Both the position numbers and the translations under genes were made by a program. Under the pieces are notes generated by a model, which was not told where the DNA came from, searched no databases, and was given only the letters and a program-made list of their open reading frames with translations. From NCBI GenBank assembly GCA_032718475.1, contig JAUCBJ010004493.1, positions 1 to 64,000 on the forward strand: a stretch of 64,000 bases of DNA, written 5' to 3'. The DNA is from Nemertoderma westbladi (taxonomy: Eukaryota > Animalia > Xenacoelomorpha). Numbering within the stretch: position 1 is the first letter of the stretch; each line of letters opens with the position of its first letter. Of the stretch, positions 14,401 through 26,309 are shown one piece after another.

Positions 14401-14893
14401 TAAACACTCATAACTTTTTAACGAAAAACGATATACTGTAGTGCGATGTGTGAAATGTGATCCATATCCGCAAATTGGGAAACGGCCCAGTATTTCAGAC
14501 GTTTCCCTGGATGTAGCAGCAGCACCATCATGCTATGCTGGTCGTAGGGTTAAAGCAAAAGCTGATTAATTGCGCAGGAATAAACTTTTGACAGCTGTTT
14601 AAATACCTAATGTCCCTAATACCTAAATCAAAGCTGCAGTGTAATCTCCCGGATTTGAATCATATAGTTGATGGAAATTCAAACACAGTTGACATTGTAA
14701 ATGACATTGGTTGAATTTACGCCAGGTTGTGCTTTCAAGGTTATGACAATGATATTCAGTTTTCAGTTATAGCCATTAATCAATGATGCGAACTGTGACA
14801 TCAATAGGTGTCAACCGTTTAGAATAATTCATAAATTAATATCTGGTAAGAAATTAATTCATCAGACTGTATAATTAACTCTGTAAATATTTT

Positions 14894-15582
14894 GCTGCAC
14901 GGCCCTACAGCTGCACGGCCCTACAGCTGCACGGCCCTACAGCTACACGGCCCTACAGCTGCGCGGCCCTACAGCTGCACGGCCCTACAGCTGCACGGCC
15001 CTACAGCTGCACGGCCCTACAGCTGCGCGGCCCTACAGCTGCACGGCCCTACAGCTGCACGGCCCTACAGCTGCACGGCCCTACAGCTGCTCGGCCCTAC
15101 AGCTGCTCGGCCCTACAGCTGCACGGCCGTGCCGCTGCACGGCCCTACCGCTGCACGGCCCTACAGTTGCACGGCCCTACAGCTGCACGGCCCTACAGCT
15201 GCACGGCCCGACAGCTGCACGGCCCTACAGCTGCGCGGCCCTACAGCTGCACGGCCCTACAGCTGCACGGCCCTACAGCTGCACGGCCCTACGGCTGCAC
15301 GGCCCTACAGCTGCACGGCCCTACAGCTGCACGGACCTACAGCTGCACGGCCCTACAGCTGCACGGCCCTACAGCTGCGCGGCCCTACAGCTGCACGGCC
15401 CTACAGCTGCACGGCCCTACAGCTGCACGGCCCTACGGCTGCACGGCCCTACAGCTGCACGGCCCTACAGCTGCACGGACCTACAGCTGCACGGACCTAC
15501 AGCTGCACGGCCCTACAGCTGCACGGCCCTACAGCTGCACGGCCCTACAGCTGCACGGCCCTACAGCTGCACGGCCCTGCAG
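14894..15582 (+). repeat. 16-bp minisatellite (GCTGCACGGCCCTACA)n, about 43 copies
   Basis: Seen directly. Confidence 0.97.
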
Positions 15583-16669
15583 CATTCTTTCGAATTTGCT
15601 GTTGTGTGTGGTGGTTCTTTGATTATGGACTAATTACATGACCCCGCTGCTATAGTTACCAATAACAGATATATTGCAGGTCACATACGTACATCCTTAA
15701 ACTGGGAACAAAGTTTGATATTGTATCATTTAGTATCAGTTTCTTAGCTTATGGTACCTCGATTTAGACATGCTTCAATCGCCTCTATAAGTCCATGGGC
15801 CAGCCAGCATAGGGGATACTTTTTGGTAACCACCCGGAACTTATATTTTTGGGAAGACCTAGCTTCTGGCCATTCATTTTGATATGATAACAAATCTAAA
15901 TCGGTAGCTGACTTGGTGTTATCACCGGTTGTCATGGAAATGGTAAAACAACAAACATGATGTAGTATTCTAATAACTTTATATAAATTCATCGCATCTT
16001 TTGAATAAGATAGCTACTGGTCTAAAAATTCTAAATGTGACATAAAATTCTGGAATATAATTAGTGTTACCATGGGAACGCTGATAAATGAAAACTGACA
16101 TGTTTTAGAAAAATAGCTACCATTCTAGAACAATACCATTATTTTAATTGACAAATTGCCACATTTTATTGAATATTCGTTTTGGAAAATTTTGGTATCC
16201 TGAGAGCTAAACCTGTTATGTTATAACGGTGATATATGGTTCCAAAGATATACCCATGTTTGAAATATTTTTTTTTTTCATCAATTTAATCTCATTCCAC
16301 TCTGTTTCAAAATAATGACAAAAATAATGACTTTATAACAAATATTTATGTCAATAAAAAAACAATCAAGATGTGACTACAAATCACTTTAAAATGACAC
16401 GTGACATCTAAATGGCATTTCAGACAACACCCCTTCACAGGTTACCATGACTACCACTACAGATGCAATTGAAGATGACTCAGATATGACACAAACTTAA
16501 ATGACTTGACACCTACCACAAAAGAGAGGTTAGTTATTTTAGTATATTCACTTCAATTTATATATTTATCATACAGTAATTGTTCCTAGATGATTTCTGC
16601 AAAGATGATTCCTTCGATAATGACATTTTTGAATACTAAATCCTCTTTATTTAATCCTACTTGGGCCTG

Positions 16670-17512
16670 GGGGCGTATTCCCAAACCTTACACTAGTAGG
16701 AAAAAATCATGTAAGGAATGGAGATAGGGGTCGAACTAGTGTAAGAGTTTTATACTCAGTTGGTAGTTAGAAAGTATTCCAAACGCTGTAAGGAATGGAG
16801 AAATTGGGTGAAATCATGTACGGGTTATTACACCAACAGTATTAGTTGAGTAGACTTAACATTTGATATTATTCTAGGCAGTAGAACATTGGGTTATGGT
16901 TTATACAGGGCTGCATAAGCTGCCCCCACACGTAAGGACCACTCTGCGCATAATATTATGCTTTGGTAGCCCCATAGAGAAAATAAATAAGCATGATGGA
17001 CAGCCCATGACGCTCTTAAGACGCCTCCTAGAGGACACTGGCCTTGAAGATGCAGCTAATCTCTCGAAAGTCATGGGGGGATAGGGAATTATGGCGGTGC
17101 AACTTTGTTGATAAGCCGGCATAGAAGTCTTAATGTACGCGGCATTTGGCTTGCCAATTGTTGATTGCATGGTTGTGGCAAATACTTTTGCCAAACTGGC
17201 ATAGCATCTCAATGTGCAGTTTCAATGCAGCAGGCCGATTATAGTACTGTACAGTAGTAATTGCTTATGAATAGTCCGTCTGCTTTTCGTGTGCATCGAA
17301 CTGCACTAGCAAGCCATCTAGACATCTAGAGGTTTTAAGAGTTTACTTTATTTGGAGCGTTTGGAGCACTTTATAAAAACCTTACACTAGTTCGACCCCT
17401 CTTTCCATTCCTTATATGATTTCAACGTCCAATCAAATAATAACTCATTAACCAATCTCAGGTGTTAATGCAAGAGGTGTTCCTAGTAGTGTAAGGATTG
17501 GGAATACGCGCC
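16670..17512. mobile_element. PIF/Harbinger-like MITE inserted in the Academ left arm
   Basis: TIR GGGGCGTATTCCCAAACCTTACACTAGTAGG versus CCTAGTAGTGTAAGGATTGGGAATACGCGCC; imperfect 3-bp TSD. Confidence 0.7.
16900..17260 (+). mobile_element. Decayed 3' end of the same RTE LINE family, nested in the Harbinger-like MITE
   Basis: Aligns to about 10070-10310 (AATAAGCATG.TGGACAGCCCATGAC...GTCATGGG.GATAGGGA..TGGCGGTGCAA). Confidence 0.8.
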
Positions 17513-17892
17513 CGGTATAACTTTGTAATTAATCTGTATCTTTGAGTCAGGTTTGTTTGGAAAACCGAGATTTTTTGACTTTTCCTAAAATTTAATGGGT
17601 TATCCAAACGAGCAAACGCCGTTTACATGGTCATGTTAGTTTTCGTGCTGTGCTCCCTTTCTGGCACCCATCTCCAGTACTTTCGTACTAAGATTTTCAA
17701 TAGTTTTCATAATTCACTAAAATTAATTTATTTGCGATATATAGCGGTTTTTTTGGATGCTGAAAGCGATTATAGAACTGCAATATTACATTCGTGAAAT
17801 TTTTTGGTAATTTTTGTCACCTGGGGTAAGAATAAAACAAGTAGTGCAAATATGTTATGTTGATGTTGATGTTTGTTTTGTAGGCAGATACA

Positions 17893-18139
17893 GAGTGAAG
17901 TACAAAACAAAGACTCAACACCCAATTATAAAGACCTGCATAATCATCTAACATGTGTTAACTTTTGTTTATTGTTTTAGTTCCCCCAACACGCCTCAGT
18001 AACGTGCCCCTTTACTAACCTGCTCCTTTAAATAGCAATGGGACTTATCGCTCTTATGGACCTAACGCGACTTCACCTCTTTGTTTTGTAGGGTACAGAA
18101 CAGGCAGTAAAGTCTTGGGTCTTTGTTTTGTACTCAACC
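17893..18139. mobile_element. MULE-like MITE inserted in the Academ transposase remnant
   Basis: TIR GTACAAAACAAAGAC(T/C)CAA; 9-10-bp TSD GGCAGATAC(A) at 17883-17892 and 18140-18149. Confidence 0.75.
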
Positions 18140-20604
18140 GGCAGATACATGTTGGTGGTTTACAATTGCAATACAGCAGAGATAGAGAGAGAGAGGATAG
18201 ATTATGGAACTGGTAGAACATACATCCAATCAGGTATTACCATATCCTCCTCATCTAACAGCCATCCCAGACCTATGGGAGAAGATACATTGATGATGGG
18301 TACTAAGCTTATATACGATTGGTAGTTGGCTCTGGATAGGTGTCTCTCTTTAAACAATATTTACAAGGTGGCAGCAAGGTTGACTCGATTTCTCCATGTT
18401 TTGAACAGAAAAGACGATACCGAAGCTCGTTTACGTCATTAACTTCTGACATTCATGTAAAGAAATAAGTATTATGCATAAGTCAGGTCCAAGATTAGCT
18501 CATATAGTGTTTATGTTACAATGCGTTATTCTACTTAGAGATCCACACTTTTGATAAACCTGGCATTTCAGGACATCGTTTTCATCCCTTGTAATGTATT
18601 TGAGTTGGTTGAAGGTCATGATGGCATTGATTTGTGTCCATTTATTGCCGACACCCTCATTATCATCTCGAATATGAATGTCACATACTTGATCTAGTCG
18701 TTGACGTAAGCTATTGGATACACCCCCCCCCCCCCCCCCCCCCCCACCATCCCTTTCAGTGAAACCTGCCTCTGCACTGATGTCTATATTATTCTTACGT
18801 GCTTCAGTATCGTCTTTTAATCTCAAAAAGTGGAGAAATCGAGTCAACCTTTGCTGCCACCTTGTAAGTATTGTTTATACACCTATATATCCAAAGCCAA
18901 CTACCAAGCGTATATTTGGAAAAAAGTTTAGTATCCATCATCAATGTACCTTCTTCCATTATACTGTAGGTCTGTCTGTTAGATGAGGAGGATATGATAA
19001 TACCTGATTGGATGCATGTTCTTCCAGCCCCATCATCAATCCTCTCTCTCTCTCTGCGGCATTGAAATTGTACTACGTCATGTAAACCACTAACGTATCT
19101 GCCTACAAAATAAACTTCATTGCATTGAGTTGTACAAATTTAAGTACTGTAATGCACCAACTGGAAGGAGGCGGAATTGGAATGAACTGATGCACTTGAC
19201 ACCTCAGATGATGAAGGTGATTTCTATTACAGCAGTAATTGTATCACATACATTACAGTCTCGATTAAGAATTCTCTATTTGCTCGGATAACACCATCGC
19301 ATACCAATTAAGAATACGTACATACATAATTATGTATTTATTATTAAATAAAGAGGATTTAGTATTCAAAAATGTTATTATCGATAGAATCATCTTTGCA
19401 GAAATCATCTAGGAAAAATTATGATAAATATATAAATTGAAATGAATATACTAAAAGAACTAACCTCTCTTTTGTGGTAGGTGTCAAGTCATTTAAGTTT
19501 GTGTCATATCTGAGTCATCTTCCTTTGCATCTGTATGGGTAGTCATGGTAACCTGTGAAGGAGTTTTTGTCTGAAATGCCATTTAGATGTCACTTGTCAT
19601 TTTAAAGTGATTTGTAGTCACATCTGATTGTTTTTTATTGACATAAATATTGGTTAAAGTCATTATTTTGAAACAGAGTGGAATGAGATTAAAATGATGA
19701 AAAAAAAAATATTTCAAACATGGGTATATCTTTAGAACCATATATCACCGTTATAACAAAACAGGTTTAGCTCTCAGTATACCGAAATTTTCCAAAACTA
19801 ATATTCAATAAAATGTGGTAATTTGTTTTTAAAATAATGGTATTGTTCTAGAATGGTAGCTATTTTTCTAAAACATGTCAGTTTTCATTTAGCAGCATTC
19901 CCATGGTAACAATAATTATATTCCAGAATTTTATGTCGCATTTAGAATTGTTAGAACAGTAGCTATCTTTTTCAAAAGATGCGATGAATTTATATTGAGT
20001 TATTAGAATATTACAGCATGTTTGTTGTTTTACCATTTCCATGACAACCGGTGATAACACCAAGTCAGCTACCGATTCAGATTTGTTATCATATCAAAAT
20101 GAATGGCCAGAAGCTAGGTCTTCCCAAAAATATAAGTTCCGGGTGGTTACCAAAAAGTATCCCCTATGCTGGCTGGCCCATGGACTATATAGTTGTATTG
20201 TTCAAATAATTTGAAAATATGTGGCGAGGGTGGAAAGTCATATTTGAAACCGAAGGTTTATTAACTGCTAAATTCATTAGTATAGAGGTTGAGTAGCCGA
20301 ACCGCCATTGTACACTGCCAACCATTTCGCAATTAGCACAGGTCTGCTGCGAGGTGCATTGCGTCGCATTAGCTTTAGCAATTTAGATACTGACTATTCA
20401 TTAGCTGAGCCAGAAAGGCGTGCTGCTTTATTCTTAACTGCATTATTCTTAGCTTCTCGAAGGCTACACTTTTGACATACTATTTGTGTACCAAGTTTAG
20501 TTAGATTTCATCGTGGATTGTCTGAGTTATTAGCGTTAAAAAATTATACAGATCGACAGACTCGATTGAGAAAGACTTACTTTCTTGGAACGCCACACAC
20601 TGAT

Positions 20605-20930
20605 TGGGTCCAACCTTCGCCGCATCCATTCTTCGCCCGCGTATAACCTTCGCCCGAAATCCAACCTTTGCCTGGGGGAAACCTTCGCCCGCAAGGCATA
20701 CGTCGCCCGCGAGCAACCTTCGCCCAATAAGACTTGTGTTAGTAACCATTTTAGTAACTAATTGAGGGAAAGGAGCAGGTTACAGAGACGGCTTTTTCTA
20801 ACCAAAACAATAAACGATAGTATTACTAATTGAGGGAAATGAGCAGGTTACAGAGACGGCTTTTTCTAACCAAAACAATAATTGTTTATTTGGCAAAGGT
20901 TGCTCGCGGGCGAAGTTTGCTGCGTACCCC
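20605..20930. mobile_element. MITE with AACCTTCGCCCG subterminal repeats and a tandemly duplicated 68-bp core
   Basis: The right end (reverse complement GGGGTACGCAGCAAACTTCGCCCGCGAGCAACCTT) matches 20695-20730. The left end is unclear. Confidence 0.55.
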
Positions 20931-21229
20931 CACACTTCTAAATAGTAATTTCGTAAACAACTTAAAGTGATTTCTGACGAAAGCTTTGAAGCATCGGGCT
21001 TATACGGTGGTGCAGAAATCGGTTAACCGTTTAACGCCCACCTTCCCAATGTCAAAAATATTTAATATTTTGGAAAGTACCTCAAAATAGTTCAGTAAAC
21101 ATTCTTTACTTGTACACTTTTGCAAAAAGGCGTTCGTTCAGAAGTTACAGCCATGTTCCATATAAGGTGCGTTGGGCTTTATTACACATATTTAAATTTT
21201 TGCTTGCATAAGAAATGATGCATAATAGC

Positions 21230-23570
21230 AACCAGCATTGAACCATTTTGAAGGTATACGGGTTTTCGAGGTCGCTAATCACGATAAAACTTGTTTAAAA
21301 TATTATCTGGCAATGCTATCATCACTTTTGGAGCTATTCTGGTCCCCTAGGATGAAAAGTACTTTAAATTAAAAAATGTCAAACTAAAAAATGTTGTGTT
21401 TGGTTACATAATTGTGAAGGTATATACGGGTTTTTGAGGTCGCTGATCATGATGAAACTAGTTAAAAACATTTTTGGTAATCCAACCATAATTTTTGCTC
21501 GGTTCGGGTGCCCCAGGACAAAAAATACGAGTTGCAAACATTTCAAAACTGTTGAAGTTTGCCTTTGTTTGGATAATTGTTGTTTTTCAAGGGGGCTGAT
21601 CACCATTCAACTCGTTAGAAATCTTTGTGGTAACGCAACAGTCTAAGTCTAACTCCTGTTGAATATAACTTACATTGAGGGCTGAGTCTAACTCCTGTTG
21701 GATAGAACTTACATTGAGGGCTGAGTCTAACTCTTGTTGGATAGAACTTACATTGAGGGCTGAGTCTAACTCTTGTTGAATAGAACTTACATTGAGGGCT
21801 GAGTCTAACTCTTGTTGAATATAACTTACATTGAGGGCTGATTCTAACTCTTGTTGAATAGAACTTACATTGAGGGCTGAATCTAACTCTTGTTGGATAG
21901 AACTTACATTGAGGGCTGAGTCTAACTCTTGTTGAATAGAACTTACATTGAGGGCTGAGTCTAACTCTTGTTGAATAGAACTTACATTGAGGGCTGAGTC
22001 TAACTTTTGTTGAATAGAACTTACATTGATGGCTGAGTCTAACTCTTGTTGAATTTAACTTACTTTGAGGGCTGAGTCTAACTCTTGTTGAATTGAACTT
22101 ACATTGAGGGCTGAGTCTAACTCCTGTTGAATAGAACTTACATTGAGGGCTGAGTCTAACTCTTGTTGGATAGAACTTACATTGAGGGCTGAGTCTAACT
22201 CTTGTTGAATACAACTTACATTGAGGGCTGAGTCTAACTCCTGTTGAACAGAACTTACATTGAGGGCTGAGTCTAACTCTTGTTGAATATAACTTACATT
22301 GAGGGTTGAGTCTAACTCTTGTTGAATAGAACTTACATTGAGGGCTGAGTCTAACTCCTGTTGAATAGAACTTACATTGAGGGCTGAGTCTAACTTTTGT
22401 TGAATAGAACTTACATTGATGGCTGAGTCTAACTCTTGTTGAATTTAACTTACTTTGAGGGCTGAGTCTAACTCTTGTTGAATTGAACTTACATTGAGGG
22501 CTGAGTCTAACTCCTGTTGAATAGAACTTACATTGAGGGCTGAGTCTAACTTTTGTTGAATAGAACTTACATTGATGGCTGAGTCTAACTCTTGTTGAAT
22601 TTAACTTACTTTGAGGGCTGAGTCTAACTCTTGTTGAATTGAACTTACATTGAGGGCTGAGTCTAACTCCTGTTGAATAGTACTTACATTGAGGGCTGAG
22701 TCTAACTCTTGTTGAATTGAACTTACATTGAGGGCTGAGTCTAACTCTTGTTGAATAGTACTTACATTGAGGGCTGAGTCTAACTCCTGTTGAATAGTAC
22801 TTACATTGATGGCTGAGTCTAACTCTTGTTGAATTGAACTTACATTGAGGGCTGAGTCTAACTCTTGTTGAATAGTACTTACATTGAGGGCTGAGTCTAA
22901 CTTTTGTTGAATAGAACTTACATTGATGGCTGAGTCTAACTCTTGTTGAATTTAACTTACTTTGAGGGCTGAGTCTAACTCTTGTTGAATTGAACTTACA
23001 TTGAGGGCTGAGTCTAACTCCTGTTGAATAGTACTTACATTGAGGGCTGAGTCTAACTCTTGTTGAATTGAACTTACATTGAGGGCTGAGTCTAACTCTT
23101 GTTGAATAGTACTTACATTGAGGGCTGAGTCTAACTCCTGTTGAATAGTACTTACATTGATGGCTGAGTCTAACTCTTGTTGAATTGAACTTACATTGAG
23201 GGCTGAGTCTAACTCCTGTTGAATAGTACTTACATTGAGGGCTGAGTCTAACTCTTGTTGAATATAACTTACATTGATGGCTGAGTCCTGTCGTTTTTGT
23301 TACTGGTCTGGTGGGATGAAAAATAGAATAAGACCAGAAAATCAGGTTGCTTTGCTAATGATTTATGTTTATCAAATACGTGCTACTTGTATATTCCGTG
23401 CCACTTTGAAATTTTGGCACGACCCATATCCAAAAATACAGCAATGAATCGGACACGATATTTTTGAGTGTAATATTAATTATCAGCATTTCAGAAAACC
23501 CCTAAATGTGATAAAATCAGGTTGATTTGGTGGTGATTTGTAATTACAGTATCATATTTGTGCACTAAGT
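21230..23570 (+). mobile_element. Second copy of the GGTCGCTGATCACGAT-module element, split by a 39-bp satellite array
   Basis: The sequences on each side of the array align to 13430-14150. Confidence 0.55.
21640..23288 (+). repeat. 39-bp minisatellite (GAGTCTAACTCTTGTTGAATAGAACTTACATTGAGGGCT)n, about 42 copies
   Basis: Seen directly; variant units recur in higher-order blocks. Confidence 0.97.
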
Positions 23571-24010
23571 CACAATTTACTTTAAATGGAACATTCTAAT
23601 TTGATGCTGGATTAAACATAGAAATGAAAATCTGAAAGCTAAAACTGATAGAATTGGTTAAAATAGCATTCAGAGTGAATCCTCACTTTAGGAAATTTTT
23701 TAATTAACCCACATCTCAAAATTGTATGATTCAAATAGGAACCTAAATTTAAAAAAAGGCACATTTCTTTTCAATGGACAATTACGAGAGTCACCAACTT
23801 AAATATATTCAGATAAATAAGAGAATGTCTGCAACTACCAACTAAGCGACCTCTATAATCTGTATAATAGAGTAAACATATACCATGATTATACTATAAT
23901 ATATATTAATATACCCTACATTCATAAATTTTAACATAAATTCTAAATTTTATAAACATTTAGTCTATCGATTAAACATTAAAAAACTGAACTGAACATA
24001 GAAATGTATA

Positions 24011-24148
24011 GGGGGAATTTGTGACAACACATAAAATACGACAACACTATGTTATTCACATTTTTTATGGCCATCTTTGACTGATCTACCGTTTTTTTAC
24101 TGTGGCTGAGTGATGTCACCGTTTTTAGGTGTTGTCATAAATTCCACC
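24011..24148. mobile_element. Short MITE just downstream of the BHMT-like stop codon
   Basis: Inverted ends GGGGGAATTTGTGACAACAC and GTGTTGTCATAAATTCCACC. Confidence 0.6.
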
Positions 24149-24351
24149 ATTAAAACTAAGTAAGCTATGGCAGATTAAATTAATTATTCTTACGCGTAAT
24201 TTCAAACATATTATCTAAGCCAAAGTTAAAAAACGCATGATATAGAAGAATTATTGTTATTTGGAGAAATTATATAAACGAATTATCTTTAGTTTACCAT
24301 TTGTTCTGCTCTGTGGCAACTGGCCTCACGGCAATTATTACTTATTTATAT

Positions 24352-24608
24352 TCAGACTTTCCCCATCACATCGGTGTCTCCGGCAAATTGGAGTTTTGGT
24401 TGTTTCATTTTATCTCCATAGAGGAAATGTTTGGTCATATCTGGGCTGAAGGTGCTGGCCCCGGTGTCACGACCTAAAGATTCCGCCAAAGCGCGTGTAA
24501 AGTGTGGCGAATTGCCGCAGCACAGACCCACCACCTGGACGCCTAGTTCCAGACATTGTTTACCGAACTCCTTGATCTCTGTGCGGCAGGACATAATGGC
24601 ATCGAGAT
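24352..24608 (-). CDS. BHMT: BHMT-like homocysteine S-methyltransferase, exon 4 (last coding exon)
   Basis: TTTCAG acceptor at 24609-24610; phase 1 matches exon 3. Translates DLDAIMSCRTEIKEFGKQCLELGVQVVGLCCGNSPHFTRALAESLGR...SPDMTKH..*, with the Zn-binding CC motif. Confidence 0.9.
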
Positions 24609-24745
24609 CTGAAAGAATAAACGTATATGATGTACTTTACGCAAATCCAATCTCGGTTAAAGTAAGTCTCAATGTTAAATTACCAATTCTGGTAAAGGAG
24701 CAGGTTACAATGGCACGTTATTCAAACCAAAGCAATAAACGAAAG

Positions 24746-26165
24746 GGTTATATTGAAAAATATCGAGACATGAAAAATATCGAGAGTAAAAATAACGCGA
24801 GTAAAAACATCGAGTGTTTAAAAATAACGATAATATCGAGAGTTCAAAAAATATCGAGAGTAAAAATATCGAGGGTAAAAATATCGAGAGTAAAAATACC
24901 GAGTGTTGAAAAATATCGAGAGTAAAAATATCGAGAGTAAAAATATCGAGTGTTGAAAAATATCGAGAGTAAAAATATCGAGTGTTGAAAAATATCGAGA
25001 GTAAAAATATCGAGTGTTGAAAAATATCGAGAGTAAAAATATCGAGTGTTGAAAAATATCGAGAGTAAAAATATCGAGTGTTGAAAAATATCGAGAGTTG
25101 AAAAATATCGAGTGTTGAAAAATATCGAGTGTTGAAAAATCTCGAGAGTAAAAATATCGAGTGTTGAAAAATATAGAATGTTGAAAAATATCGAGAGTAA
25201 AAATATCGATAGTAACAATTTTTTTAAATAAGGGTTGTATGATAATTTTTTTTCTAAAAATGTTCTAGAAAAACAATATTTATCAACATTTGGTATCTTA
25301 TACAGTACGTGTTCTAATATAATATTTAACAATATTTATAATATTTATCAAAATTTATAGCTAGTACTTCTTTTATAATATTTATTGGTGTAATATTGTG
25401 GGTTTGTTCAGAAGTGGAAAAAATGGGAGCGCGACAGTTGCAACAGCTCATCTCCAATTTATTTAATAATATTTATTAAAAAAATAGCAAAAACTAGCTA
25501 GTATAATAAATCTGGTAAATGGGTACCCAAGGTGTATTACATAATGCCATTCACTTGCACTGTTGTAACCCATGCACTGCAATATTGTCCCATAATTCTA
25601 AATAAAATGCTCAAGCAAAATGCAATATTTTTACTCTCGATATTTTTCAACACTCGATATTTTTCAACACTCGATATTTTTACTCTCGATATTTTTCAAC
25701 ACTCGATATTTTCAACACTCGTTATTTTTACTCTCGATATTTTTAAACACTCGATATTTTTACTCTCGATATTTTTACTCTCGATATTTTTCAACACTCG
25801 ATATTTTTACTCTCGATATTTTTACTCTCGATATTTTTCAACACTCGATATTTTTCAACACTCGATATTTTTACTCTCGATATTTTTCAACACTCGATAT
25901 TTTTACTCTCGATATTTTTCAACACCCCTGATATTTTTACTCTCGATATTTTTCAACACCCGATATTTTTACTCTCGATATTTTACTACACTCGATATTT
26001 TTCAACACTCGTTATTTTCGATATTTTTCATCTCGCGTTATTTTTACTCTCGATATTTTTTAATCAAGTTAATTTTCAACACTCGTTATTTTTACTCTCG
26101 ATATTTTTACTCTCGTTATTTTTACTCTCGATATTTTTCAAGTCTCGATATTTTTCACCATTACC
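24746..26165. mobile_element. Foldback element (Merlin-like) whose arms are inverted arrays of 16-17-bp AAAATATCGAG(AGT/TGTTG) units
   Basis: TIR GGT(T/A)AT..TGAAAAATATCGAGAC; exact 8-bp TSD AACGAAAG (24738-24745, 26166-26173). It is inserted into an older MITE (about 24635-26240) homologous to 52851-53069. Confidence 0.85.
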
Positions 26166-26309
26166 AACGAAAGTCAATAGAACAGGTTGCAGATATACTT
26201 TTAGGAGTATTCAGCTGTCATTTGCGTCGAGTTTAGCATAGAGATTTTAGCATTAGATTTTATGGCGTCAACCCCCCTCCCATCATCTATAACAAAAATA
26301 GCAACACCA

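Larger units (their letters stand above)
15789..20187. mobile_element. Palindromic Academ-derived element: inverted terminal arms of about 870 bp plus two inverted decayed copies of the transposase C-terminus
   Basis: 15789-16655 is the reverse complement of about 19345-20187. The terminus is (T/A)AGTCCATGGG with a 3-bp TSD TAT. 18440->18140 (-) reads NDVNELRYRLFCSKHGEIESTLLPPCKYCLKRHLSRANYQSYI, an Academ C-terminal motif, with a homolog at 18795-19140 (+). Confidence 0.75.

Noticed and set aside
24431-24925. 164-aa plus-strand ORF overlapping BHMT exon 4
   Set aside because: It is antisense to a real exon and continues into MITE and foldback repeats.
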